DNA of 63,232 bases, filler included, from Aduncisulcus paluster (GCA_024181965.1; 4 parts of 4 records of this genome joined end to end with filler, not necessarily neighbours in it), one strand, 5' to 3'; counted from the whole stretch's first letter, positions 23,637 to 36,875 are shown. Notes: generated by a model from the letters alone, not told the origin. A program made the numbers and translations.

Positions 23637-24320
23637 TTATTCATTCTTTGAATTTCCGAGATAAGGGTAATTTTTATCGATACTAGAACCTTTCATCTTC
23701 ATCATCCAAATTGTCATTGGAACAGCAAAAAGAACGGTCATTACTGCAATAATGGTCTGTTGAAGCACAGGACCATTCATATAAGTGTGGGTGTCATCAT
23801 TATCGGCATCAGAGATGAAAGAAATTGTAACCTTTCTTTCACCCTTAATAAGATCATTTCTAACTCCTCCAGCACCAACAACAATAGTGGTAATATCAGA
23901 TTCATTATCGTTAGCAGCCAAAATACTCTCAATTTCTTGAGGTGAAGATATTGATTGATACTGAATGGATGGACTATTTATACCAAAAGAAAGTCTCTGC
24001 ATCATTGATTCGGGCTGTTGGATAGAGATTACACTGCTATTATATTGCCAAATTTGAGAATCAAAGCCAATGGATAATTGACCATATGTATCTTTATCAA
24101 GTTTGTTAATTTGGATTATTTTAATATCACTCAAATCGGTATCATGAATCAAACACTCAAAAATATCTGTCATATGCTGAAAATCTTCCTTTGGAAAACA
24201 TGAGAGAGCACTTTCATTCGATGACTTCAAAAATATGGGTGTGACAAAAGGGATCTTTTGGCATTGCACACAAATCAATACCAAAGCAGAAAATAAAACA
24301 AACCTTACAATTGGATTCAT
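23637..24320 (-). CDS. Secretory-pathway type I membrane protein, possibly V-ATPase accessory Ac45/Voa1-like
   Basis: Signal peptide, C-terminal TM segment preceded by YMNGPVL, and a short cytosolic tail. Confidence 0.6.
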   Translation of the reverse strand: MNPIVRFVLFSALVLICVQCQKIPFVTPIFLKSSNESALSCFPKEDFQHMTDIFECLIHDTDLSDIKIIQINKLDKDTYGQLSIGFDSQIWQYNSSVISIQQPESMMQRLSFGINSPSIQYQSISSPQEIESILAANDNESDITTIVVGAGGVRNDLIKGERKVTISFISDADNDDTHTYMNGPVLQQTIIAVMTVLFAVPMTIWMMKMKGSSIDKNYPYLGNSKNE

Positions 24321-24557
24321 GGAATTGGGATTGTTGTGTCAAAGATGGGGATGTCGTGGTTTGAGAGATCCTACAAATGGATGATTTATTCAAGAAAGAT
24401 TAAATAAAAATATAAAACACCGAAATTATTTTCAAATCTTTTATATTGTGAAGCAGGACACTCAATTCTATGAATTTTCGCAGTTTTTCTCAAGACTATA
24501 TTTTGGGCATTGGGCGTCAGGTAGAAGCTGCCTCCCTTTGTCACACATAGAAGAAAA

Positions 24558-24641
24558 GTATGTTATTATTTTAAAGTAATTATCGGGTCCATTTCATTTT
24601 GAGAGTTTCTTACATTATATTTTCTTTCTTTTACCTCACAG
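24558..24641 (+). other. Probable 5'UTR intron of ARF1 ending immediately before the ATG
   Basis: GTATGT at 24558, pyrimidine tract, CAG at 24639-24641 abutting ATG 24642. Confidence 0.65.
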
Positions 24642-25288
<647 letters not shown>

Positions 25289-25537
25289 TTCTGAATATAA
25301 TATTTAGGTGTGAAATTTGACTTTTATATATTGGATGAAAATAAACAGCTGTTATCGTTAAGGATTCAAATCAAATTCATGATATTAATTGTGGACATTT
25401 TGTTATTTATACGATTTTAAAATAATAAACCATAAGTTCTGTCATTTCTGTTCAGAACTTCATTTTCTCTGTTTTCTCGACACCATCTTGAAGAATTGGT
25501 TTTTTCTATTTGTTTTCATTCTTTTTAGTCTCTTGTG

Positions 25538-27516
25538 ATGCCCATTTCTTCAAAGGATTTTGATAGATTTTCTAAAGTTGCATTTCTATGTAACTTGGAG
25601 CATGGATGGGAAGATGATCTTCCAATTCATTCTTTGTTGGCCAAAAAGCAAATTAAGATTTTGTTTAATGCTCGTTCTCTTATTGATTCAAAGAGATTCC
25701 AAAATATTATCTTCGCCTTTTCTTCTCCCGATATTGAGAGGTTGTGTAAATCGTTGAAACAACATCAATCGGAATTGTATTTTGCCTTATTTTATACTAA
25801 ACAGCAATTTTCACAATATTTAGAAGTTCCTGCGTCTAATATTGTTATCACAGCAGCTCCTTTGATTGACGATCGGGATGACCATCCAGAATTGCTTAAT
25901 TTATATCAAAATCGCTATTTTGTTGGCGCTATGCTTCAATACTTAAAAGAAATTCTTTCCAATTGTATCGGAGATGATTGCTATCGTGTTGTTTCCTGTA
26001 CTTCATTAAATATGCACTCAAAAAAATCTTGTTTGAAATTCGAAGTTATTTTTCGATCAAGAATAGCAGCCCTTCTTTGTTCTATGATTGATGGATTCTT
26101 TCTTCGGCTCAATCTCTCAAATTATATTTTGCCTTATTTTATACTAAACAGCAATTTTCACAATATTTAGAAGTTCCTGCGTCTAATATTGTTATCACAG
26201 CAGCTCCTTTGATTGACGATCGGGATGACCATCCAGAATTGCTTAATTTATATCAAAATCGATATTTTGTTGGCGCTATGCTTCAATACTTAAAAGAAAT
26301 TCTTTCCAATTGTATCGGAGATGATTGCTATCGTGTTGTTTCCTGTACTTCATTAAATATGCACTCAAAAAAATCTTGTTTGAAATTCGAAGTTATTTTT
26401 CGATCAAGAATAGCAGCCCTTCTTTGTTCTATGATTGATGGATTCTTTCTTCGGCTCAATCTCTCAAATTATATTTTGCCTTCAAATCCTACTGAAAAGG
26501 ATTTGAAAGATATTCCACCTGTCACTAACTGTGATGTTATATTATACGCCTCTTGGTTTGTTTCTGACACGGAGGAACTCCCATCTGATGATTGTGTTAT
26601 CGTTCATGTAAATAAGGCAATGTTGCAAGATTCGGGCGGAGTTTTGACGTCGTTCCGCATTAGAATGATTCTAGAAAAAATGTTTGGTCGGATTAAAACA
26701 TGGAATTGGCGAAATGCTCACTTGAAATGGTGTAATGGGACCATTTCATTTGTATCCTCAACATCTGCCACGAAAGCCATTAAATATGGCAATCTAAAAG
26801 TTACAAAACAGTATAGTATTCCCCTATGCCCATATCAAAAGAAACATACTCAACACATTCCCCTATCTGTTGCTGTTGGTCCAGATATCCCTATTGGCAC
26901 AACATCTGGCGGCTCTGAGCATTCTCACCATCACTCAGGCCATTCCTCCAGCCACCAGCATTCAAGCCATCGCTCCACTTCCTCCCGACACATCGGATAC
27001 GGTCTTCCACATCCAGAATTGACTCATGAACCTCCAAAGATACCTCTTGCTTCAACCGAAGAGAAAATAGATACCTTCCATCCTATTCTGATATCCCACA
27101 CTCCAGATTTCCACTCAACTTCTACTCAACCCGATCCAGATAAACCCATTGGCAACATTGATTCCGGGAGCTCCATTTTCTCTTGTTCCGTCACTGGCTC
27201 AGATTCCCCTCAAGGTGCTCAGATTCCACATTCGGAATCCTCGACATCCCTTGCCTCCAGTGATCACCATGGATCCTTCATATTCCCCTCAACTTCAATA
27301 TATATTCCAAAGCAGGATGATATGACCTTGTGTCCCGTCTGCAAATCTCCCTCGTGTGCTCATCTCTTGCACCCCATCTGGGCAATGCGACAAGATATGG
27401 CTGCAATTGAGGAGAGAGTCTTTGGTATCCTGGGTTCCGTATATCCTATTTGCCAACAAGTTGAAAAAGAACTTTCATCTAAAACAGTTTCCAAAGAGAA
27501 GCGTTGGAAGAAATAA
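25538..27516 (+). CDS. Hypothetical protein with degenerate RRM-like segments and a His/Ser-rich tail; one gene split by a 347-bp duplication
   Basis: ORFs 25535-26170 and 26209-27516 share an identical peptide. LEKMFGRIK...NGTISFVSSTSATKAI is RRM-like. CPVCKSPSCAH near the C-terminus. Confidence 0.65.
25778..26482. repeat. 347-bp tandem duplication bounded by TATTTTGCCTT microhomology
   Basis: Offset 347 (frameshifting). One synonymous difference seen (CGC/CGA). Confidence 0.9.
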
Positions 27517-28651
27517 TTTATTAATCGATTAAAATGAAAATTATGATATATGATTCCCCATTCCAATCTCTATTATTTTTAATGTTACACGTTGTTAATT
27601 CTCAGCTCGAAATGTTCTGAAAATTGCAATTTCCCCCGAGAAGATCCTGCCTTTACGTTCCAATGTTCCTTTCTCTCTTCTCACACGTTTATCCGTCTTA
27701 AGTATGCTATTCTATCATTTATATATATATTTATATATTTTATGATACTTGATTTTTTTCTAAATCTTTTCCGTCTGTAATTTTGATATTTTATTTTGTT
27801 AGTGTCATTTTCTTTTTGAAAAAGTGAATGTTTGTGTTCTATTTAATTTGTTATATTGTAACCATTCACTTTCAGCCCGAAAGCTGAGCATTTAATTTTT
27901 GTTTTTGTTTTTTTCATTAATATGAGCATGACACATAATATGGAGGTAAGCCATTTAAATATTCCTATCAGTTTTAGTTTAAATATTTTGACTTAATCAT
28001 ACTTAAATGGTAATACAGCTCGTTTTTTTTTATATACCATTTTAGAGTCAATATTTATAATTTTTTTCTTTCATTTCTGTTTAAATAATACCTATAATCA
28101 AAGGAGAAATAAACCATAAAAGGTAAGATAACGCTATAATATTATGATATTTGTTTTGAAAACGATGTGATCCGTTTCATACAGCAATAGTCACTTGAAC
28201 AAACTATACGCATATTATTACAAATATTCATGAATAATATCGTTAATATTAGCAGATATCTCGTAATAGTTACTATTGACAGCTATAAAATTTGACAGTT
28301 TGAAATCAACAGAATAATAAACAAAAAGAATATAATGGTTTCAAATTTCATTTATACATTGAACAAAAATAGAAAATCCATCGAAATAATTCGTAGTTGA
28401 TTCAAATCTAGTTGTGGTTGGAGGGCAAGATGCGTTTTGTCTTTTGTAATCAATTCATTTTGACAACAGTTTTTAAAGTGTTTTTGCGGAAATAAAAATG
28501 AGACGCATTTTAAAATAGAATAATTTTTACAACAAATTTTACTCCAAATAATTTTTCTTTCTTCTTCATTTGCCACGTTGATCCAAAAACTTGACAAAAA
28601 ATAGGCATAATAATTTATAACAATCGAATAAAGTACAAGGAATCCAAATTT

Positions 28652-31591
28652 TCACTCTGATGGCAGTATATCCTTACATAATTGGATATAATCGATTGAA
28701 CCGTCTCTTCTCTTCTTGATCAACTCAACAAGAGTATCGAATTCTTTAGGACTCAAGCAAGATCCAAAGAACTCAGCAAAGGTATCTTCTTTAATCTTTC
28801 CACCCTCACGCTGAGCAATTTGCCTGAAAACATTCAAATAATCTTGGGGTGTCTCGAGACAAGGCACAAGAGTCGAGCAAACGTCAACAAACTCATTAAA
28901 CTCAATCTTTCCGCTGCCATCTTTGTCCATTTTCTTGAATGTGTCCCAAACCATCTCATCCGTCACATCGTTTCCAAGGGCAGATAAAAGAGTCTTGATC
29001 TCACTAACACTCAAATCGCCACTTCCATCGGCATCAAAGTATCTAAACACACTTTGGAGCTCAGAAAATCTTTCAACACTGACTCCGTAAGACATAACAA
29101 GTTCTTTTTCTTCTTCCATTTTCTCTTCAACTGAAATAATTGTCCTTTCAAGGCCTTGCATGGCATCTTCTAAAACAGACGAATGACATGGTGGAAGAGT
29201 CTCGACAACATCCTGGACCTCTTCCAAAAGAACCTTTTTGGACACAAGTTCGTTCTCTTTGACTCTCTCCGCACACCGATGTAAATGCATTCCACTCTCC
29301 ATCTGTTCAGTACTATCTGCGAGTAGAGCAATCTGCTTGTCAAGAGATGCTGTCAACTGTCTCTCAACCTTCCCTTCTTCATCGCAGAAGGCTGAGTTGA
29401 ATGAGAATAAATTGGAATGAAGCTGTGAATAATCGACTGGGTTGAGAATTGAATCTCTTCTGGCAAGGGTTTGGATACTGACTTTTCCCACGGCACTCTC
29501 AATACTCCTATTGTGAGGATAATATAATTTGAATGGAATATCCTTGTCAATTTCAATGTAAGGACAAGAGAAAGCCGGGACAATCGATGTGGAAGAAGCT
29601 GTGAAATCAACATCATCGTGTATCTCCTCTTCACTAAATACAACACATTCGCTAACGGCAGTACTGAGAATGTGTTGAACATGGAATTGGGTTCCAAAAC
29701 GAAGAGAATCGACAACAGACGGACCACATTCGCGCATCAAGAGAGACCAAACATCATGTGAGGGGGCAGTTTGAGTGGCATAAGATGCCGACGGTTTGAA
29801 TTCTTGAAGTTTCCTCTCATATTTCTGCAAATCTCCAATGTCGTCCTCCTTTTTGTTCATGACCTTGATTTCAGGTGTTGGATCTTTCAGGACAGATGTG
29901 AGAGTGTGAGTATTGATGTTATTCACAGCACTAGCACACATTTCAGAGATCATCTGCATACCGACGACCACTCCATCAGCCTTACATTGGTTGTTTATAA
30001 TACGAGTATCACGATCAACGAATTTCAATAAATCAGAGGCAGGGGGGAGATCCAAGAAAATACGATCAATCAATGCATTCCAGTTCTTCACAGTGTTACG
30101 AAGAGCAAGCAAAAGAACATAGAAATGATCAGGCTGAAGGAATCGAGCAAGTGGAACAAAGAATGAGTGTTGTTGCTTCCCAGGTTTGTCAAGTCCCTCT
30201 CCAGATCCATCAAGCATTGAGACACTCATGGCACTCTTGGTCATTGATGTAGATCCAGCGATGAATGGTGAGGCTATGATTCCAGCACCGACAGCCACAG
30301 TACCTCTACGCATGGTATCCATATGGAGTTTATCATGAAGAGACAGAGCAAATGGATCCACAACCATGCCTCCCTCATTCATTGCTTTCTCCTCAGCTTT
30401 GGCAACATCTCCATCCTCGCCCAATAAAGTACAAACAGAGTTGAAATCATCAACAATGTCAGATAACACAGTGGCCTTGAAATTGACCTCAGTGACAAGT
30501 TGAGAAACTCTCATCCATACAGCTACTGCTGCATCCCGTGAAGAGAAGAAGACTACCTCACGATCTTCACGCATACGACGCACATTCACAGCTTTGTTCT
30601 TTGAATCACGTTCCATGGCAGTCGCAAGGAGTTCAGGACCATTGCGGACATAAGTACGTACGAACTCATCAATAAACTGATTGGAGCGATCAATAAATGT
30701 ATCGAATGTTTCAATTTCACTTGGAATACTTGTCTTGTTCCCTGTGAGGAATCTAGACTTCAACAAAAGATTGGCACTGGCATCTGTCTGTTGTAAACTG
30801 TCTAAAATACTCTCACACTCACACACGAGGGAAACAACAGTGTCCCACAGATGTGAGTTAGTCGAGGAAGCATTTGAAGGACCAACGACAACTCCACGAC
30901 GGTCATGATCACCCAATAGACGCTTTAGATCCTTCTCTCTGGCACGGGTGACAGTATCATTACTCAAGGGAGTGGGAACAGTGGGTAACGAAGGAGCTGG
31001 AGAGTCAGGATCGATTGTACGGATACCCATGGCACTAAGTTGAGCACAAGAAACAGCGACAGACTCAAGAACATCGAATACGTCATTGGTTTGTGCAATG
31101 AAGCTTGGGAGGGACTCAAGAGAAGCTCTCAGGGCAGAGATAATGGAGTTCTTGGCGGAGGAAAGAGTGCTGAACGATGGGGTAGGTGGTAATGGAGCAC
31201 TTGTAAGTTCACGAGCTTGTTGGATATGCGTAGGAATAGTTGGGTGAGAGATGGAAGAACGTGGTGTTTGTCCTGAACGAGCAGGGTGTCCAGCGAAACG
31301 ACGACTCATACGCTGGGAAGAAGCCAAACTCTTCCCACCCCTGCCAGATGTGACACCACGACTTGATAACCTTGAGGAGAAACGTGTACGTCCTCTCTTT
31401 CCATCAGTATGTTCACTGTCGACCGTAGCAGACATCTCTCTTTCAGTGGTTTCTTCTACAGAATCTTCACCATAGTTGTAGGCATCGGCTCTGACAATAG
31501 GTTCAACTCTAGCTCCACCTTTCTTCTTGATAACAATTTCACCCTCAGATGCGAGATTCTTGACTCTTTCCATCTCTTCCTCTTCCACCCT
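28652..31591 (-). CDS. Alpha-actinin/spectrin-like protein with C-terminal EF-hands, 5'-truncated at scaffold end
   Basis: GVSVERFSELQSVFRYFDADGSGDLSVSEIKTLLSALG, DKDGSGKIEFNEF and ETPQDYLNVFRQIA follow the actinin calmodulin-like tail pattern. Upstream region is long and helical. Confidence 0.6.
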   Translation of the reverse strand, partial: RVEEEEMERVKNLASEGEIVIKKKGGARVEPIVRADAYNYGEDSVEETTEREMSATVDSEHTDGKRGRTRFSSRLSSRGVTSGRGGKSLASSQRMSRRFAGHPARSGQTPRSSISHPTIPTHIQQARELTSAPLPPTPSFSTLSSAKNSIISALRASLESLPSFIAQTNDVFDVLESVAVSCAQLSAMGIRTIDPDSPAPSLPTVPTPLSNDTVTRAREKDLKRLLGDHDRRGVVVGPSNASSTNSHLWDTVVSLVCECESILDSLQQTDASANLLLKSRFLTGNKTSIPSEIETFDTFIDRSNQFIDEFVRTYVRNGPELLATAMERDSKNKAVNVRRMREDREVVFFSSRDAAVAVWMRVSQLVTEVNFKATVLSDIVDDFNSVCTLLGEDGDVAKAEEKAMNEGGMVVDPFALSLHDKLHMDTMRRGTVAVGAGIIASPFIAGSTSMTKSAMSVSMLDGSGEGLDKPGKQQHSFFVPLARFLQPDHFYVLLLALRNTVKNWNALIDRIFLDLPPASDLLKFVDRDTRIINNQCKADGVVVGMQMISEMCASAVNNINTHTLTSVLKDPTPEIKVMNKKEDDIGDLQKYERKLQEFKPSASYATQTAPSHDVWSLLMRECGPSVVDSLRFGTQFHVQHILSTAVSECVVFSEEEIHDDVDFTASSTSIVPAFSCPYIEIDKDIPFKLYYPHNRSIESAVGKVSIQTLARRDSILNPVDYSQLHSNLFSFNSAFCDEEGKVERQLTASLDKQIALLADSTEQMESGMHLHRCAERVKENELVSKKVLLEEVQDVVETLPPCHSSVLEDAMQGLERTIISVEEKMEEEKELVMSYGVSVERFSELQSVFRYFDADGSGDLSVSEIKTLLSALGNDVTDEMVWDTFKKMDKDGSGKIEFNEFVDVCSTLVPCLETPQDYLNVFRQIAQREGGKIKEDTFAEFFGSCLSPKEFDTLVELIKKRRDGSIDYIQLCKDILPSE

Positions 31592-31691
31592 NNNNNNNNN
31601 NNNNNNNNNNNNNNNNNNNNNNNNNNNNNNNNNNNTTAATTAATTAANNNNNNNNNNNNNNNNNNNNNNNNNNNNNNNNNNNNNNNNNNNN
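31592..31691. other. Artificial scaffold linker N44-TTAATTAATTAA-N44
   Basis: 100-bp spacer with six-frame stops, identical to 48254-48353 and 61404-61503. Confidence 0.97.
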
Positions 31692-34600
31692 TTTCCATCT
31701 GTTGCATCCTTTTCGCAATCAACAAGACGACTATCAAAATCCACTGGTTTTGGGACTAAAACTTCAGAATGAATATCACAGGACTCATCAATATTGAAGA
31801 CATCGCCATGGATTTTGCGATGAGATCCAACAATATCATCAATAGATGGACACTTCCACCCTTCTCCAATCTTTGGAAGGAAACATTTGATGATTTTAAC
31901 TTTCTCACGAGCATCATGAACACTCATTCGTTTGTCAATATCATACATTGTCAGACCTTCGAAAATATCATTCAAACAAGAATAGATTGGTCTGAACTTC
32001 CCACCTTCAATGGTCTTGAGGGATCTAAACAGAGGAGAATGGGAGAGTTTGGGACCGACATTTTTAGATAATATGCGTTTTAGTTCTGCCACATAGTCAG
32101 TTGGATCCTCGATTTGTTGGAGAAGAGGATTTTGAGACATAGGATCACAACACAAAAACAATGCAAGAATTGACATTCCAAGAGAATAGCCATCACTCTC
32201 TTGAGTGCATGTTCCCTGGAGGGCTTCAATAGACATATATCCAGGAGTTCCACAAACTTTACGCTTTGTTTTAGTCTCGGGAGCAGAAGACACTGAACAA
32301 AAGCTCTTTGAAGAAATGGAAGTAGAGACTGAATTGTTAATGTGAGCGATTCCAAGATCACCAAGAACAACAATACATTCTCCATCTTTTGGATCAAAAC
32401 GAACAAGGAAGTGAAATACTCTAGAGGGGTCCGAGGTTTGATATCACGATGAATAAGACCCTTCTTTGCACATAACACATCGTCAAGACACTCGATCATT
32501 CCAACGCATAAGGAACAAACTTTCACAGGATTCAGTGTCATGGGATCAATAGATTCATAATCTTTATCTTCAGAGAACGAGTCTGAATCAGAGTCTTCAT
32601 CATCCTTTGCATACTTACCATCGACACACCAACTCATAGCAAACGCACTCACACTGCCTCCAGCACAAAACTCCATGATAAATCCATAAATACCTTTCAT
32701 TTCAGCATCAAGAAGATCAAGGATATACAGAGGACGTGGGATGCGGTTGAAACATTTCGGATTGTTAAACNNNNNNNNNNNNNNNNNNNNTCAAAACGAA
32801 CAAGGAAGTGAAATACTCTAGAGGGGTCCGAGGTTTGATATCACGATGAATAAGACCCTTCTTTGCACATAACACATCGTCAAGACACTCGATCATTCCA
32901 ACGCATAAGGAACAAACTTTCACAGGATTAAGTGTCATGGGATCAATAGATTCATAATCTTTATCTTCAGAGAACGAGTCTGAATCAGAGTCTTCATCAT
33001 CCTTTGCATACTTACCATCGACACACCAACTCATAGCAAACGCACTCACACTGCCTCCAGCACAAAACTCCATGATAAATCCATAAATACCTTTCATTTC
33101 AGCATCAAGAAGATCAAGGATATACAGAGGACGTGGGATGCGGTTGAAACATTTCGGATTGTTAAACAACTTTCGCTGAATTTTAAATTCCTTCCGACAA
33201 GTTTTTACAACTTGAGAATCTCCAACTTTAAGCATCTTCTTCAGAACACAGGGAAAAGGAATGTCATCAACTTTGATAAGAAGAACCTCCCCAAATCCAC
33301 CACTGCCAATGATGCACTGAGGAGTGATGCCTGCTGAGGAAGTCAGGGTTAATGACTTGAATTTGGTTTTTGGCTGAGGTATTGCTGAAACTTTATCATT
33401 AGGATCTTGTTTGGAAGGTATTTCTTTCTTTTCTTTCTTTTCTTCTTTGTCAGGTGATGGAGGAGAAGTTGATATTTCTTTCTTTGGTAATGTAGATTCC
33501 ATGAAGGAATACGAAGGAATTGAAGAAATAAATGGCATAAAGAAAAACAGAGAATTAATTTGAAACTCTTGACTTTTCTTATTATCCCACATTTCTTTCC
33601 CTTTTATCTCACATGATACAACATCTATCAATTCAATAGGAAGAAAGTGCCATTCATAATTAACTTTAGGTCTTGTGAATTCATACTTCTTGGATGTCTT
33701 CTTGCCATCACAATCAGTGAAAGTGAAGAGAAGAGAGGGTGAACTACGATACTTATTCACACAGATATAAGCACCTTTCATGGGACTAGGTGATGGGAAA
33801 GGGATGGAAAGATGGGATAAGCGAACTTCACCTTCCCCTTTTAACATTCTTCGTGCCTTTAAACTCTGATCATACATCTCAGATTCCTTACTCACTGAAT
33901 AACACTTTCCATCAACCCTTGAAAATGAAGGATGAATGATTCTTTTATATTCAAGAGAAAATGGGAGTGTTTTATGGCTCATTTCCCCACCTGAAATATA
34001 CTTCGGCTTAATTACAGGAGCTTCACTCCATATTTTCTCTCTAAATTCACGATCCATGGCTTCTTTAGGGGTTTCTTCTCGAAAGAAAGCCAGAGAATGG
34101 ATTGTAATACCATCTCCTCCTGTTATATCACATTTATATACATCAGACAAATCAATTGGAAGTAAATACCAATTTAAACCCGTCATTTTTTTAGAAAATT
34201 TATAACGAATAGAAGTTAGTGTNNNNNNNNNNNNNNNNNNNNACCTGAAATATACTTCGGCTTAATTACAGGAGCTTCACTCCATATTTTCTCTCTAAAT
34301 TCACGATCCATGGCTTCTTTAGGGGTTTCTTCTCGAAAGAAAGCCAGAGAATGGATTGTAATACCATCTCCTCCTGTTATATCACATTTATATACATCAG
34401 ACAAATCAATTGGAAGTAAATACCAATTTAAACCCGTCATTTTTTTAGAAAATTTATAACGAATAGAAGTTAGTGTTTTTCCCTTCCAAGAAAAATTGAA
34501 TGAAAAAGAATTTCCCATTTTATGACGCGACAGACAAATATATGCACCTTTAATTGGACCTGGCGAAAATAAAATAGGCTTTCTCTCTTTTCTCTTACTT

Positions 34601-35854
34601 TTAATTGACGACATTTGACGTCGAATACAAGGATCATCTCCAGAAATTGGAATGCATGAAGTATCTCCTTTATGTAGAAATATTGGAGATAATACACGAT
34701 TTGGGCATTTATGAGGTTTTGATGGAATACAGGAAGAAGGTATACTGGATTGAACTGTACAAGGAGTAGAAAGATCTTTATGTTGATACAAAGCACTAGA
34801 TGATTTATCAACCCGAGAAAAAATGAGATCAACGATCTGAAACCTTCTGCTATATTTCCAAATTTTCCTTTCTCCCCACCTTCCGTTCCCTTCAATCTCA
34901 CACAGAACTACATTATCCAAATCAATATGAAGAAAGTGCCATTCATTATCATGATGAGGTCTTGTAAATTCATACTTCTTAAATGTCTTCTTACCATAAG
35001 AATCAGTGAAAGTGAAGAAAAGATAGGGGGAAGTGCTATTCTTTCCCACACAGATGAAAACACCTTTCATTTGACAAGGTGATGGAAAAGGAATTGAAAG
35101 ATGGGATAGGAATACTCCACGCTCACCTTTCAACATTTGTTGTGCCTCTAAACTCTTATCATAATAATCTGATTCCTTACTATATGAATCATCCTTGCAC
35201 TTAATCATCGGGAATGAAGGGTGTATACGATCTAGATCATCATCTGGAATGAGAATAGAATCTCTACCAAAAGATTTTCTATCATAGAGCAGATGAGATA
35301 CTCCTTTAACAAACTCTGCTTTCACAACTGAAGTTTCAAACCATAGTTTCTCTTTGGCTTCACGAGATTTGATTTCTTCAGGAGTTTCTTCTCTAAGAAG
35401 AAAACAAGGGAGTGGATTCTAAACCACTCTGTCTCTCTTCCTTTCCCGGAGTCTATTAGAAAATACTTTTTCTCTCTTCCTTTCCCTGTAATCTCACACA
35501 AAACAACATCAGGGAGATCAACAGGAAGGAAATACCAACGTTTACCTTCAAATTCAGGAAATTTGTATTTCTTGGATGTTTTCTCACCCTTTGAAGAGGT
35601 CAAAGCAAAGATGAGATGAGATGGAGCGTAATTTTCATTTAAACAGATATATGCACCTTTCATCGATGAAGGTGAAGGAAAAGGTATGGAAATGTGCGTG
35701 AAAGTGGCAGAAACCCATTCTCCTTTAATTAATCCTCGAGCTTCACGAGTTCTATCCTGTGTTAAATGCCTTCATGAATAAATTTCGGTTCCATACCCCG
35801 GATGATGTTAAAAAAACCGAAACCACGATAAATATCTTCTATACTGGGGTCCAT
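31692..35854 (-). pseudogene. Disrupted kinase of the same family as 1-4401, with four N-terminal ~170-aa repeats
   Basis: Repeats of the form H(I/L)SIPFPSP..MKGAYIC...KKYEF...W.FLP.DL..V..CEI, then GSGGFG, VLKK, HRDIKP, DLG, GTPGYMSIE. Lesions: deletion/frameshift near 35765, frameshift near 35396, and a 21-nt segment replacing the residues after HRDIKP. 20-N gaps at 32771 and 34223 have overlapping flanks. Confidence 0.75.
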
Positions 35855-35919
35855 TTTAGTTCTTGCTTTTGTTAGTTTGGAATCAAAAAATAGACCAAGA
35901 ATATTTGAAAGATTTTTGT

Positions 35920-36875
35920 GAATAATTTGTAAAAATAAAAGATTTCGAGAGAAAACAGGCACGACAAATATGTCCATAAAATATAGGATATCAATGGATA
36001 AAGAATGTAAAAAAAAAAGAAAAAAAGTTATACAAGAGGTAAAATTATGTTGAACATACCAGAAATGTTTCTTAAGTCTTGCAAAATTGAAAGTTTCAAA
36101 AATTTAGATCTAGCTGAGGCCAGAAGGTACTCACATTAAAAATCTGAACAGCAATTGATTTGATGTTAAAATCGTCATCAAAATATCCCATAATTCGTTC
36201 ATTGCAGTTGAATATTTTTATTATCAGCCTTGAAAAAAAGCTTCAAACGATAGTAGAGTATAAAATGAAAAAAAAGTCCCAAGATATCAAAAAATATAAT
36301 CATTCCAAGCCAATGTTATTACAGATAGTAATACATTTATGAATAAGAAACAAAAAGAGAAGGTGATCGGTAACATGATTATTGCATNNNNNNNNNNNNN
36401 NNNNNNNGAATAATTTGTAAAAATAAAAGATTTCGAGAGAAAACAGGCACGACAAATATGTCCATAAAATATAGGATATCAATGGATAAAGAATGTAAAA
36501 AAAAAAGAAAAAAAGTTATACAAGAGGTAAAATTATGTTGAACATACCAGAAATGTTTCTTAAGTCTTGCAAAATTGAAAGTTTCAAAAATTTAGATCTA
36601 GCTGAGGCCAGAAGGTACTCACATTAAAAATCTGAACAGCAATTGATTTGATGTTAAAATCGTCATCAAAATATCCCATAATTCGTTCATTGCAGTTGAA
36701 TATTTTTATTATCAGCCTTGAAACAAAGCTTCAAACGATAGTAGAGTATAAAATGAAAAAAAAGTCCCAAGATATCAAAAAATATAATCATTCCAAGCCA
36801 ATGTTATTACAGATAGTAATACATTTATGAATAAGAAACAAAAAGAGAAGGTGATCGGTAACATGATTATTGCAT
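35920..36875. repeat. Uncollapsed 468-bp overlap flanking the 20-N gap at 36388-36407
   Basis: 35920-36387 equals 36408-36875 apart from one substitution (GAAAAAAAG vs GAAACAAAG). Confidence 0.9.

Noticed and set aside
32413..32433. Kinase insert as a micro-intron or pUC polylinker contamination
   Set aside because: No GT-AG boundaries restore the frame, and it resembles GGATCCTCTAGAGTC only partially.
36160..36830. Pair of 60-aa ORFs as duplicated small genes
   Set aside because: They are AT-rich, start at TTG, and result from the uncollapsed overlap around the gap.
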